From: Nanobdellota archaeon
GTDB lineage: Archaea; Nanobdellota; Nanobdellia; Pacearchaeales; GW2011-AR1
Direction of reading: 5' to 3'
Assembly: GCA_027364705.1 (NCBI GenBank)
Contig: DAHXOU010000045.1
Location: 1-33,649 of the forward strand
Length of the DNA: 33,649 nucleotides
Shown here: piece after piece, positions 18,766-27,948 of the stretch
How positions within the stretch are numbered: position 1 is the first letter of the stretch
How the letters are laid out: each line of letters starts with the position of its first letter
The notes under the pieces: model-generated
What the model saw: only the letters and a program-made list of their open reading frames with translations
The model's database searches: none
Told to the model about the DNA's origin: nothing
Program-made: the position numbers and the translations under genes

Positions 18766-19545
18766 TTAAATAATCATGAAATCAATTCTCAACCTAATTT
18801 TATACGGAGCAATTTCTCCTGCTTTTTTGACTTTCAATATTTTTATTTTCTTTCCTGCTTTCTCTGCTTCTTTCTTAACTTTATCGACGACAGAGTCAAT
18901 TTCCTCAACTTTACAAAAATCATAATAATAAATTCTTGTTCCTTTCTTGCTCAATAAAAAAGCCGATGGTAAAAACGTATCTTTCAATTGCGGACGAGGC
19001 ATTACAATAACATCAAATTTTTGATTTAGTTTGGGAGCAATTCTTTTAACATCTCCATTAACAAGTTCAACTCTGTTCTGAACTTTATTCAGTTTAATAT
19101 TTGTTTCAGCATATTTATTTGCTTCACGATTTATCTCATTTGAATAAACTTTCTTTGCTTTAGATTTTTTCGCAATGACAATTGAAAATGGTGCAACTCC
19201 CGCAAACATTACAAAGACAGTTTCATCTTTCTTTATCATAGATGCAATTTCTTTTCTCTCGTTGCTGAGTCGTGGAGAAAAATAAGTCTTGTCTATATTA
19301 AATCTAAAGACACAATCATTCTCTCGATATAGAACCTCTTTAGTATTTTCACCTGCAATAAAATTTGTAGATAATTTCCTTAATCTTCCCTTTATTTTTT
19401 CTTTTTTCTCAAGAACAGTTTTTACAGCTCGATTTGATTCTAATATTTTCTCAGCAAACTTTTTTTTGTCTTTAAGTTTAAAATTTTCAGGAAATTTAGT
19501 AAGAACAATATTTCCCAAAATATCAAAAGAACGAGGATTATTCAT
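18766..19545 (-). CDS. Trm5/Taw2 family tRNA methyltransferase (Met-10+ like)
   Basis: FD.LGNI, YFSPRL..ER, MFAGVAPF, EIN, GD, IVMP.P; start moved to ATG 19545 overlapping the upstream stop. Confidence 0.88.
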   Translation of the reverse strand: MNNPRSFDILGNIVLTKFPENFKLKDKKKFAEKILESNRAVKTVLEKKEKIKGRLRKLSTNFIAGENTKEVLYRENDCVFRFNIDKTYFSPRLSNERKEIASMIKKDETVFVMFAGVAPFSIVIAKKSKAKKVYSNEINREANKYAETNIKLNKVQNRVELVNGDVKRIAPKLNQKFDVIVMPRPQLKDTFLPSAFLLSKKGTRIYYYDFCKVEEIDSVVDKVKKEAEKAGKKIKILKVKKAGEIAPYKIRLRIDFMII

Positions 19546-20188
19546 CTTGAGTAACTGCCTTGGATAAGGCCTCTCCAACTTTTGCTCCTGTTTCCAATTT
19601 CAAACGATTTTCTTCTTCTTTTCTTTTCTTCTTGTTTTCTTTCATTTGTTTTGCAAATTGTTTTATAAAAAGGAAAACAAACACCAAAGCCACGACGATA
19701 ACTAATCCGAGAATTACTTTTACATACCAAGGGTTTTCCCCGAAGAACAATTGTATGATTAAATTAACAATCATTGAAAATAATCCAAACTGAGCCAGGA
19801 GTATAACAATTCCCAAAGAAATAAGTGTAGAAACCCATTTTGAAAAGAGACTCATTTGAAGAGCATTATTAATTACCAAAAAAGAATATATCCATAAAAT
19901 AATTATCAGAAGTAAAGCAAGAGATAATGAATAAGGCATTCCAAATAGAATCGAAAATAAAGGACTTATAGCATTAAAAAAAGAATCAATCGCCATAATG
20001 ACGGGGTTTTGAAGAAGATTATTTTTCAAATCAATTCCCCAAGTTTTCCAGTCAGAAGTTAAAGTAACTCCTTCAGCAGAAACTCCGAATATAGAATTAT
20101 CTAAAAGACTATCTTGAGCAATTACAAGGTTAGAAAATAATGAAATTGCTAACAATCCTAAAATAAAAAACACACAAACTTTTTTCAT
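19538..20188 (-). CDS. Membrane protein with signal peptide
   Basis: Signal-like N-terminus (VIA-Q), several TM segments, basic coiled C-terminus. Confidence 0.78.
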   Translation of the reverse strand: MKKVCVFFILGLLAISLFSNLVIAQDSLLDNSIFGVSAEGVTLTSDWKTWGIDLKNNLLQNPVIMAIDSFFNAISPLFSILFGMPYSLSLALLLIIILWIYSFLVINNALQMSLFSKWVSTLISLGIVILLAQFGLFSMIVNLIIQLFFGENPWYVKVILGLVIVVALVFVFLFIKQFAKQMKENKKKRKEEENRLKLETGAKVGEALSKAVTQDE

Positions 20189-20229
20189 AATCTACAAAGA
20201 AAAAAGAACTTTAAAAATTTAATCAACTA

Positions 20230-20886
20230 TTATTTTCTTTTAAATTCTTGCTGAATCTCTCTTAATCCTCGGATTGCTGCACCGGCTTCACTTGAACTTT
20301 TGATTGATTTGATATATTCTTTTTGTCCTTTTCTCTTAGCAGCCCATTTAGCAATCCAGTTACTTCCAACAGATAACCCGATAAAGATAATTATAGAAAT
20401 TATTATTTCTATTGCAATTCCCAAAGCTCCAAATCCTGCGGCAAAAGAAATTAATCCATAAGTAATATTTCGGATTATATTAGTCAAAGCAGCGATTATA
20501 GACATACCAGCAGAAATAATTAGTATAACCCACCAGTTAGAAAAAATAGTAGTAAGTTCAAGCAAATCATAAATTCCTACAAAAAGAATTAATAAAACAA
20601 TTACAGAAATAATAACATCTTTCCATGTGTTTCCGACGAGATTAAGTGCATCCCAAATATTAGAAACAGTTTCAGGAGGAGCTTCATCCAAAAATACATT
20701 TCCCGTCATTGAAATTGTATTTTCTGAAATAATATTTCCTGTCGGCTTCCCTATTGCAGCAAGCATTAAGGTAATACAAATGAATGCAATAATTCCTAAA
20801 GCAATTAAAGGAAATTTCTCTTCAAGAGATCTTTTTTTCTTATTGGAAGAATTAATTTTCATCTTTCCCCCTCTCTTTTTCTTCAT
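20230..20886 (-). CDS. Multi-pass membrane protein
   Basis: Four hydrophobic segments, two TGN motifs after TM1. Confidence 0.78.
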   Translation of the reverse strand: MKKKRGGKMKINSSNKKKRSLEEKFPLIALGIIAFICITLMLAAIGKPTGNIISENTISMTGNVFLDEAPPETVSNIWDALNLVGNTWKDVIISVIVLLILFVGIYDLLELTTIFSNWWVILIISAGMSIIAALTNIIRNITYGLISFAAGFGALGIAIEIIISIIIFIGLSVGSNWIAKWAAKRKGQKEYIKSIKSSSEAGAAIRGLREIQQEFKRK

Positions 20887-20972
20887 AAGGAAAAAAGGAC
20901 TCAGTTATTTATAAATGTTTTTAGGAAATAAAACAAGAATAAATTTATAAAAACAATTTACTAAATAATCCG

Positions 20973-21524
20973 ATGAAAAAGAGTTGGTTATTTGTCTCAT
21001 TAATATTTCTAATTAATTTTGCTAGTGCACAGGGTATAAGTGAAATACTTGAAAGCATTGACGAATCGACGATGATTCTTTATGCAGTTTTCATACTTGC
21101 CTTCACACTTTTATTTTTCACCTTATCTAAAACTCTTTTCAAAGAACCTCAAAACAAGATATTTGCAGCAGTAGTTTCTGCAGTCATTGCATTACTAATG
21201 ATATACGGAATAAATAAAATGGACTTCGATGTGAGCGGATTTTTCTTTGACCTCGGAGTTTCTGAAAATACTCTGTTGACAATAGTCCCAATAATTATTA
21301 TAGTAGGAATAATTTTTGCAATAATAAAATTCGCTAAAGATTCTTTGTTTATAGTCGGCGGAGTTTCAATCGTGCTTGGATTTTTCGTAGAAGAAAAAGT
21401 TCTGCTTTTTGTAATCGGAGGAATTTTGATAATAACAAGATTATTTATCATTCCGAAAAATGTTTGGAATTCTTCATCAGGACGAGGTTCTGATTCTTCA
21501 TCAGTAAGAAATTGGAGACCTTAA
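20973..21524 (+). CDS. Membrane protein with signal peptide
   Basis: Signal-like N-terminus (ASA-Q), about five TM segments; TATA TTTATAAA upstream. Confidence 0.78.
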   Translation: MKKSWLFVSLIFLINFASAQGISEILESIDESTMILYAVFILAFTLLFFTLSKTLFKEPQNKIFAAVVSAVIALLMIYGINKMDFDVSGFFFDLGVSENTLLTIVPIIIIVGIIFAIIKFAKDSLFIVGGVSIVLGFFVEEKVLLFVIGGILIITRLFIIPKNVWNSSSGRGSDSSSVRNWRP

Positions 21525-21536
21525 TTAGAAGTCAAA

Positions 21537-22574
21537 TTAAAACCACTTATCTAATCCCTTTTGTTTGTTCTTCTCATTAATTTCCCTTAGTCTTTCAAGT
21601 TGTTTCTGAACTCTCTCGTCGGAAAAATCATGTCTGTCTACAAGTATTTCTCGGATTTTCTTTTCATTTACTTTTTTAAACTCAAAGACAGAATGTGAAA
21701 CATTTGGCTTGTGAAATAATTCAAAAATTTCTCTCCAATCAAATTGGTCTTCTTCAGGTAAGTTTTTCATTTGTTCTTTAACGCTATCAAAAATTAAAAT
21801 CGGTTGTTTAAATCTCTGAACTACTTGCAAAGCTTTTTTCTGTCCGATTCCGGGAATTCCTTTCGGATTGTAATCTGTTCCAACTAAAATTCCGAGACAA
21901 ATCAATTGATCAATATTTATTTCAAGAGAATTCAAAACTTTGTCAAGTTCAATCATCTCAGGTTTTACTTCCATCCATCCACTAACTGTTTTTCTTTTTC
22001 TTGCAAGAGTTAAATTCCTAATCAATTTCGGCGCACCAAAAAGAAGACTATCATAATCTTGACTTGCACTCGCATAAATTCCTGCTCTCTTTGCAAGATT
22101 AGCTGCCTGCGCTTCTCCTTCTCCAGGTGCCTGAACAATAGCAATTCCCATCGCTTCAAGAAGTTCCTTGCTTTCACTAATCATTTCGTCGTTAAGTCGG
22201 ATAAGCTGACTGCTATATCTTTTCATTTTCTCAAGATTTTCCTCTCCCTTCGCCTCTTCATATCTTCCCTGTGCAATGTCTCTTGCCCCTCCACGTTTCG
22301 CAAAAGTTTTGTATTTCTGTTCTGGAGGTTTTCCGTCAAAGACATAAACAAGTTTAAGCCCATGTTCTAGAAGGGTTATATTTCTGTAAAAAATTCCTGA
22401 AAGATGACTCGTAATTCTTTTCTGGCTATCCATTAATGGCGTCCCGTCCGCTTGTCTCACCGACGACAAAAATTGATACAAACTGTTAAAAGCATCAACG
22501 CAAACTATTTTTCCCTTAAGGTCAGAAAGTTCGATATCTTTTCGGGTTATTATTTCCCTTATATTTAGTCCCAT
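21537..22574 (-). CDS. fen: Flap endonuclease 1
   Basis: DAFN.LYQFL, TSHLSG, VFDG.PP, APGEGEAQAA, SQDYDSLLFG, GTDYN, C-terminal PIP box QKGLDKWF. Confidence 0.97.
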   Translation of the reverse strand: MGLNIREIITRKDIELSDLKGKIVCVDAFNSLYQFLSSVRQADGTPLMDSQKRITSHLSGIFYRNITLLEHGLKLVYVFDGKPPEQKYKTFAKRGGARDIAQGRYEEAKGEENLEKMKRYSSQLIRLNDEMISESKELLEAMGIAIVQAPGEGEAQAANLAKRAGIYASASQDYDSLLFGAPKLIRNLTLARKRKTVSGWMEVKPEMIELDKVLNSLEINIDQLICLGILVGTDYNPKGIPGIGQKKALQVVQRFKQPILIFDSVKEQMKNLPEEDQFDWREIFELFHKPNVSHSVFEFKKVNEKKIREILVDRHDFSDERVQKQLERLREINEKNKQKGLDKWF

Positions 22575-22608
22575 TAATTATACATCTTACCCAAATATAA
22601 ATATTTTA

Positions 22609-22989
22609 TTATATTTTATCAATTCTTTCCATAGAACAATCAAGCATGTTTTTGTATATTTTGCCGACTTGCAAATCATTATAGGACTCAATATTCTGAA
22701 CACCTGTTTTTCGAAATTTAGGGAATATCAAAAGAGCTTTTCTTTTTGCTTCACTGTCGTTGCCGAAACTATTTTCATTTATTCTTGAATTTGCCCAAAG
22801 ATTGTAAAATTCCTCATATCTTTTCTGAACATTCTCTTTTCTTGGAGGAGTTTTCAATTTATTCCTTTCAAAATCCTTTTCTGCTAATATGCTAAGATAA
22901 ACTAAGTTAGCAATTTTATGTCCAACACTTCCAGTTGGATCTTTTTCAACATCATACTCTTTGTATAATCTTTCAAGTAAAGTCATCAT
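22609..22989 (-). CDS. Hypothetical protein
   Basis: 126-aa ORF between fen and polB, shares the palindromic TATA at 23012-23019. Confidence 0.6.
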   Translation of the reverse strand: MMTLLERLYKEYDVEKDPTGSVGHKIANLVYLSILAEKDFERNKLKTPPRKENVQKRYEEFYNLWANSRINENSFGNDSEAKRKALLIFPKFRKTGVQNIESYNDLQVGKIYKNMLDCSMERIDKI

Positions 22990-23041
22990 AATAAAATCCT
23001 CAAACGAGAATATTTAAATCTTATTAATGGCTGGATTAAAC

Positions 23042-25501
23042 ATGAAAATTGACTTCATTCCCGTTGATTATGACTATTTTGATTTTGAAGGTAGGAACTA
23101 TGCAAAAATAATCGGAAGAGACAAAAATGGAAAAAGAGTTTGCATAATTGATTCCTGTGATATATATTTCTGGGCAATTCTAAAAGAAAAGTTAAGTCAA
23201 AAAGAAATACAGAAACTTCAGGAAAAAATTGAAAAAATACAATTAGATGTTAAGGGAAGAAAAACCCGAGTTGAAAAAACAGAACTGCATGATAAAAAAT
23301 TTCTCGGACAGAATGTAAAAGCATTGAAAATATTCGCAACAAATTACAAAGACTTGCACGACATTGCCGACGAACTTGGAATGCCCGAAATAGAAAAGCG
23401 CCGAGGTTATGATATCGGTTTCATAAGTCATTATATCATCGAGAAAAAATTAAACCCCTTATGTTGGTATGAAATAGAAGGAGAGGTTCTGAATAACAGT
23501 TTAGATTTCGGAGGAATAGATTCTGCATTAAACGTCGATTTGTGTATCAAGACATTTTCAATAAAACAATTAGATAAAGAAAGTTTCACACCAAAAGTTC
23601 TAGCATTCGATGTCGAGGCAGACGAACTGAAAATTGGCGAAGGAGAAATTCTTATGATTTCATTTGTATCTGAAAATTTCAAGAAAGTAATAACTTGGAA
23701 AAAGCATAAAGAAATCCCGAATGTCGAATATGTAAAAGATGAAGCTGAACTTTTAGAAAAGTTCGCAGAAACAATAAAAAAAATTTCCCCCGATTTCCTC
23801 GTCGGATATTTCACTGATGGATTTGATTTTCCTTATATAAAAGCACGAGCAAATAAGTTTAAAGTTAAATTAGATATTGGGTTGGACGGAAGCCAGCCGA
23901 AATTCTCGAGAGGCGGTGCAAAAGTATTCAGCACAGCAAAAGTTGATGGAATTGTTCACATCGATTTATTGCGATTTATTGAAACAGCTTATTCACAATA
24001 TATGTCTTCGGAAACTTTGTCGCTGAATGAAGTTGCAAAAGAATTTCTCGGAGATACAAAAAAAGAGCACGAGCATAAACATTCTTCAAAAATCTCAGGC
24101 GACGAATGGACAAAATATTTTGAATACAATCTACACGATTCAGTTTTAACTTACAAGATTTTTGAAAAAATCTGGCCAGACTTAATTGAGTTCACAAGAG
24201 TTATGCACGAACCAGTTTTTGATGTTTCAAGAAATGGAATGTCAAGAAACGTCGAAGATTATATTATTCATAACCTAGAAAGATTTAATGAGATTCCCGA
24301 AAAACGTCCGACTTACGACGAGATTGGAGAAAGAAAAGGAAGAGAAAAATATGTCGGAGCTTTTGTTTTCGAACCAACAGCAGGATTGTATGAAAACTTG
24401 GGAATATTTGATTTCACAAGTTATTGGCCGAGTATAATTGTAACATTTAATCTTTCAAAATCGACGATGCTGGAGAAAAAAGAAAAAAATTCCTTTGAAG
24501 TTGATTTGGAAGATAAAAAAGTTTATTTCTCAAAAGAGCAGGGATTTTTTCCGCAAATGCTTCAGGAAATAATTGAGAAAAGAAAGAAATACAAAAAAGA
24601 ACTCGCTCAGAAATTTGATGTTATAAAAAAAGCAAGGAGCAATGCGTTCAAACTTTTAGCAAATGCTTCTTATGGATACATGGGATTTTTCGGAGCAAGA
24701 TATTATTGCCCAGAAGCTTCTGCATCAGCGACGTCGATAAGTAGGGATTTCATAAAAAAAATAATCGACAAGATAAATAATGAAGGTTACAAAACAATCT
24801 ACTCAGACACAGATTCTATTGCATTTTTGTTAAACAAAAATTCTAAAGAGAAAACTCTTGATTTTTTGAAAAAATTAAACTCTGAACTTCCGGGAGTGAT
24901 GGAACTTGAACATGAAGACTTTTACAAAAGAGGAATTTGGGTTACAAAAAGAACAGGCGAGTTTGGCGCAAAGAAAAAATATGCTCTGATAACTGACAAT
25001 GGAAAATTAAAAATTCGCGGTTTTGAAACGGTCAGAAGAGATTGGTGTATTCTGGCGAGAAATACACAGAATAAAATTTTGAGAATGGTATTGGAAGACG
25101 GAAATGAAAAAAAAGCGTTTGAATACATAAAAGAAATTATAAAAGAAGTTAAAGAAAGAAAAATCGATTTGAAAGATATGACAATCAGAACTCAATTAAA
25201 AAAACTCATAACCGAATATAAATCAATTACTCCGCACGTCGTCGCGGCACAAAAAATGGTAGAAAGAGAAATTCCCGTCGATATGGGGAGTTTGATTGAA
25301 TATTATATCTCAGAAACAGAAGGCAAGAAAAAATTAGTCCGTGATAAAGTAAAACTTATTGACGAAAAAGGAGAATATGACATAAAATATTATCTAGAAC
25401 ATCAGATTCTTCCAGCAGTTGAAAATATTTTTCAGGTTTTTAATATCGACATAAATGAAATTGCAAAAGACAAAAAACAAAGAACATTAGGAGAATTTTA
25501 A
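23042..25501 (+). CDS. polB: Family B DNA polymerase with 3'-5' exonuclease
   Basis: Exo FDVE, FDFPY, YN..DS; Pol DFTSYWPSII, KLLANASYGY, YSDTDS, KKYA, RGFE..RRDW; PIP box QRTLGEF; start 23042 preferred over 23027 from TATA spacing. Confidence 0.96.
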   Translation: MKIDFIPVDYDYFDFEGRNYAKIIGRDKNGKRVCIIDSCDIYFWAILKEKLSQKEIQKLQEKIEKIQLDVKGRKTRVEKTELHDKKFLGQNVKALKIFATNYKDLHDIADELGMPEIEKRRGYDIGFISHYIIEKKLNPLCWYEIEGEVLNNSLDFGGIDSALNVDLCIKTFSIKQLDKESFTPKVLAFDVEADELKIGEGEILMISFVSENFKKVITWKKHKEIPNVEYVKDEAELLEKFAETIKKISPDFLVGYFTDGFDFPYIKARANKFKVKLDIGLDGSQPKFSRGGAKVFSTAKVDGIVHIDLLRFIETAYSQYMSSETLSLNEVAKEFLGDTKKEHEHKHSSKISGDEWTKYFEYNLHDSVLTYKIFEKIWPDLIEFTRVMHEPVFDVSRNGMSRNVEDYIIHNLERFNEIPEKRPTYDEIGERKGREKYVGAFVFEPTAGLYENLGIFDFTSYWPSIIVTFNLSKSTMLEKKEKNSFEVDLEDKKVYFSKEQGFFPQMLQEIIEKRKKYKKELAQKFDVIKKARSNAFKLLANASYGYMGFFGARYYCPEASASATSISRDFIKKIIDKINNEGYKTIYSDTDSIAFLLNKNSKEKTLDFLKKLNSELPGVMELEHEDFYKRGIWVTKRTGEFGAKKKYALITDNGKLKIRGFETVRRDWCILARNTQNKILRMVLEDGNEKKAFEYIKEIIKEVKERKIDLKDMTIRTQLKKLITEYKSITPHVVAAQKMVEREIPVDMGSLIEYYISETEGKKKLVRDKVKLIDEKGEYDIKYYLEHQILPAVENIFQVFNIDINEIAKDKKQRTLGEF

Positions 25502-25509
25502 AAATAATT

Positions 25510-25749
25510 TTATTTCTTCATGGGACATTTACCGCCACGGATACAAGCACAATAAGAATGAACATTTGCACAAATTCCGCCGAAGATAGCTATTAAACTC
25601 CAGAATAAAGGTTTTGTAAGTATTCCTATAAGCGTTGGTTCGCTTTTAGGAAGAAGATAAATTCCCATAGTAAATCCAAAACAACCAAGGATTATCAAAG
25701 CGTGTCCAAACAATGCTAATTTTTTATTTCCCATAATAAAACTAATCAT
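25510..25749 (-). CDS. Small two-TM protein with Cys-rich C-terminus
   Basis: Two hydrophobic helices then C..VH.YCAC.....CP. Confidence 0.6.
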   Translation of the reverse strand: MISFIMGNKKLALFGHALIILGCFGFTMGIYLLPKSEPTLIGILTKPLFWSLIAIFGGICANVHSYCACIRGGKCPMKK

Positions 25750-25816
25750 ATCTATTATTTAAATTTTTTTAAAACAATAATCATAAAAACTGTTGACTAT
25801 TTCTTTTTCTATGACA

Positions 25817-25877
25817 ATCAGCCCTGAGCACAAATTTAGTGGGAAATTCGAGCGGAAGAAACCGGAGGTGTCGTCGC
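25817..25877. repeat. Structured intergenic element, copy 1
   Basis: 47 of 63 aligned columns identical to 29037-29098 (manual alignment); shared hairpins. Confidence 0.75.
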
Positions 25878-26843
25878 ATGACTAAAAGAACTTACGAACC
25901 AAAACCATTATTTCTTGAAAGAATGAAAAAACTTCTCGGAAATGATTTTGAAAATTATATGAAAATTCTGAAAGAAGACCCAGTTCGTTCTTTTCGTTGC
26001 AATACAATAAAAATTTCTCCTACAGATTTGAAAAAACGTCTTGAAGATAAAGGATGGAAAATAAAAATTCCTTTCAAAGATTATCCTGAAATTATGATTG
26101 TTGAAAATAAACTCCAGCCAGGAGAGTTAGGAAGAAGTTTAGAACATTTGCTGGGATATTATTATATCCAGGAAATTGCGAGTATGCTTCCTGCTCTTGT
26201 TCTAAATCCAAAAAGCAATGAAAGAGTTTTAGATTTGTGCGCGTCGCCAGGAAGCAAAACAACTCAAATGGCGTCGATGATGAAAAATTCTGGATTGCTA
26301 ATCGCAAATGAAGTTAAAGTCGGAAGAATAAAAATTCTCGCAGCAAATATTGAAAGATGCGGAGTCATGAATATAATTATGACAAGAAGAGATGGAATTG
26401 CATTGTGCAGAAGATTCAAGGAAGAAAATTTTCTATTTGATAAAATTCTGCTTGATGCACCATGTTCAGGAGAAGGAACAATAAGAAGTACACCTTCAAC
26501 ACTTGAAATGTGGAATATAAAAACAATTGAAAATCTTTCGAAGTTACAGAAATCACTAATCGCTTCAGCAATAGAAATTCTCAAACCCAACGGAGAATTA
26601 GTTTATTCCACTTGCACTCACGCGCCAGAAGAAAATGAAGAAGTCTTGGATTTTGCATTAAAAAATTTTAAAGTCAAAGTTGAAAAAATATCTCTGCCAA
26701 TGAAAACAAATCAGGGAGTTACAAAATGGATGGAAAAAGAATATCTTGACGATGTAAAATATTCATGCAGAGTCTATCCCCACACAGCTGATACCGAGGG
26801 ATTTTACATTTCTAAAATTAAAAAGTTGAAAACCAAAAATTAA
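25878..26843 (+). CDS. RsmB/NOP2/Sun family RNA m5C methyltransferase
   Basis: YIQE..SM.P, DLCASPGSKT, DAPCSGEG, YSTCT..PEENE; GGAGGTG 7 nt before ATG 25878. Confidence 0.95.
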   Translation: MTKRTYEPKPLFLERMKKLLGNDFENYMKILKEDPVRSFRCNTIKISPTDLKKRLEDKGWKIKIPFKDYPEIMIVENKLQPGELGRSLEHLLGYYYIQEIASMLPALVLNPKSNERVLDLCASPGSKTTQMASMMKNSGLLIANEVKVGRIKILAANIERCGVMNIIMTRRDGIALCRRFKEENFLFDKILLDAPCSGEGTIRSTPSTLEMWNIKTIENLSKLQKSLIASAIEILKPNGELVYSTCTHAPEENEEVLDFALKNFKVKVEKISLPMKTNQGVTKWMEKEYLDDVKYSCRVYPHTADTEGFYISKIKKLKTKN

Positions 26844-26844
26844 A

Positions 26845-27453
26845 ATGAAAACAAAAATGGATTATCTGATTAAAGAACTAAAGGAACACTTACCATTCAC
26901 AACATTAGCAACAGTGATTTCAATGGCCTCGATTTTATTGTTATTAAAAATTAATTCAATAAATTCATTTGTTCCTTTTTTCTACGTATTTCACCCAGCA
27001 CACATACTTTTTTCGGCGATGGTTTCAAGCGCTATGTTTTATTATTACAAGAAAAATATTTTATTTTCAATACTGACAGGATTGTTCATCTCAATAATAA
27101 TCGGCTCAATCTCAGACGTATTATTTCCTTACTTAGGAAGTTCATTATTAGGAATACCTATCTCATTTCACCTTCCTGCAATAGAAAATCCAGGATTAAT
27201 TTTAGGAGTAGGATTAATCGGAGCAACTTTTGGTGCAATAATTAAAAAAACAAAATTCCCACATTTCATCCACGTTTTTATCTCGGTGTTTGCTTCACTG
27301 TTATACATCTTTGCATACTCAACAAATTTTTCATGGGTAAGTTTAATTCTTATCTTAATTATAACTTCAATATCCGTCGTAATTCCGTGCTGTTTGGGAG
27401 ATATAGTCCTGCCAAGATTATTTCAAAATAAAATAAAAAGGAAGACAAAATGA
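26845..27453 (+). CDS. Multi-pass membrane protein with intramembrane HxxH pairs and PCC.GD motif
   Basis: EHLPFT, FHPAH, SD, PHFIH, PCCLGD within about six TM segments. Confidence 0.8.
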   Translation: MKTKMDYLIKELKEHLPFTTLATVISMASILLLLKINSINSFVPFFYVFHPAHILFSAMVSSAMFYYYKKNILFSILTGLFISIIIGSISDVLFPYLGSSLLGIPISFHLPAIENPGLILGVGLIGATFGAIIKKTKFPHFIHVFISVFASLLYIFAYSTNFSWVSLILILIITSISVVIPCCLGDIVLPRLFQNKIKRKTK

Positions 27454-27944
27454 TTCCACTAAAATTTTTCAATAAACAGGAAAAGGAAAAATTCATAAAA
27501 AAATTGAATGAACAATTCGGGATAAAAGAAATTCCGTTTGAATTAGCAAAACTCGGAAAAGAAAGAATCATGGCATTTTCAGGAGAGCTTTCAGAAAAAG
27601 AAATTTTGGAACTTGACAGAATTGCAAGGATAGAAGGAATTGGAGTCTACTTTGCAAAAATCGACGAGAACACAAAAGAGATAAGACTAAGTATTGAAGG
27701 AGTACAATTAATGCAAGAACAAATAACAAAAAATATTTTCGAACTCGACGAGAAACAAGCAGAGCAATGGATGATGGGGCAGGAAATAAATATTACTACG
27801 GGAAAAAAAGGATTTTACATTATGAGATACAAAAATGATTTTTTAGGAACCGGAAAAATATCTATAGAAAAAATCAGCAACTTCATTCCAAAAAGCAGAA
27901 GATTAAAATACAAAGAAAATAAGATAGAAGAATTAAAGCAATAG
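27450..27944 (+). CDS. NIP7/UPF0113-like (RsmF C-terminal, PUA-like) protein
   Basis: L..QFGI, G.YFAK, RLSIEG.Q, ELD..QA..WM.G, D.LG.GK, NFIPK.RR; operonic with RsmB/NOP2 gene. Confidence 0.72.
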   Translation: MIPLKFFNKQEKEKFIKKLNEQFGIKEIPFELAKLGKERIMAFSGELSEKEILELDRIARIEGIGVYFAKIDENTKEIRLSIEGVQLMQEQITKNIFELDEKQAEQWMMGQEINITTGKKGFYIMRYKNDFLGTGKISIEKISNFIPKSRRLKYKENKIEELKQ

Positions 27945-27948
27945 TAAA

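Noticed and set aside
21469-21504. 12-bp direct repeat ATTCTTCATCAG twice
   Set aside because: Only two units, in frame, encoding a Ser-rich tail; not a CRISPR or att signature
25839-25877. GTG start for the RsmB/NOP2 gene
   Set aside because: Falls inside the non-coding repeat; ATG 25878 has a well-spaced GGAGGTG
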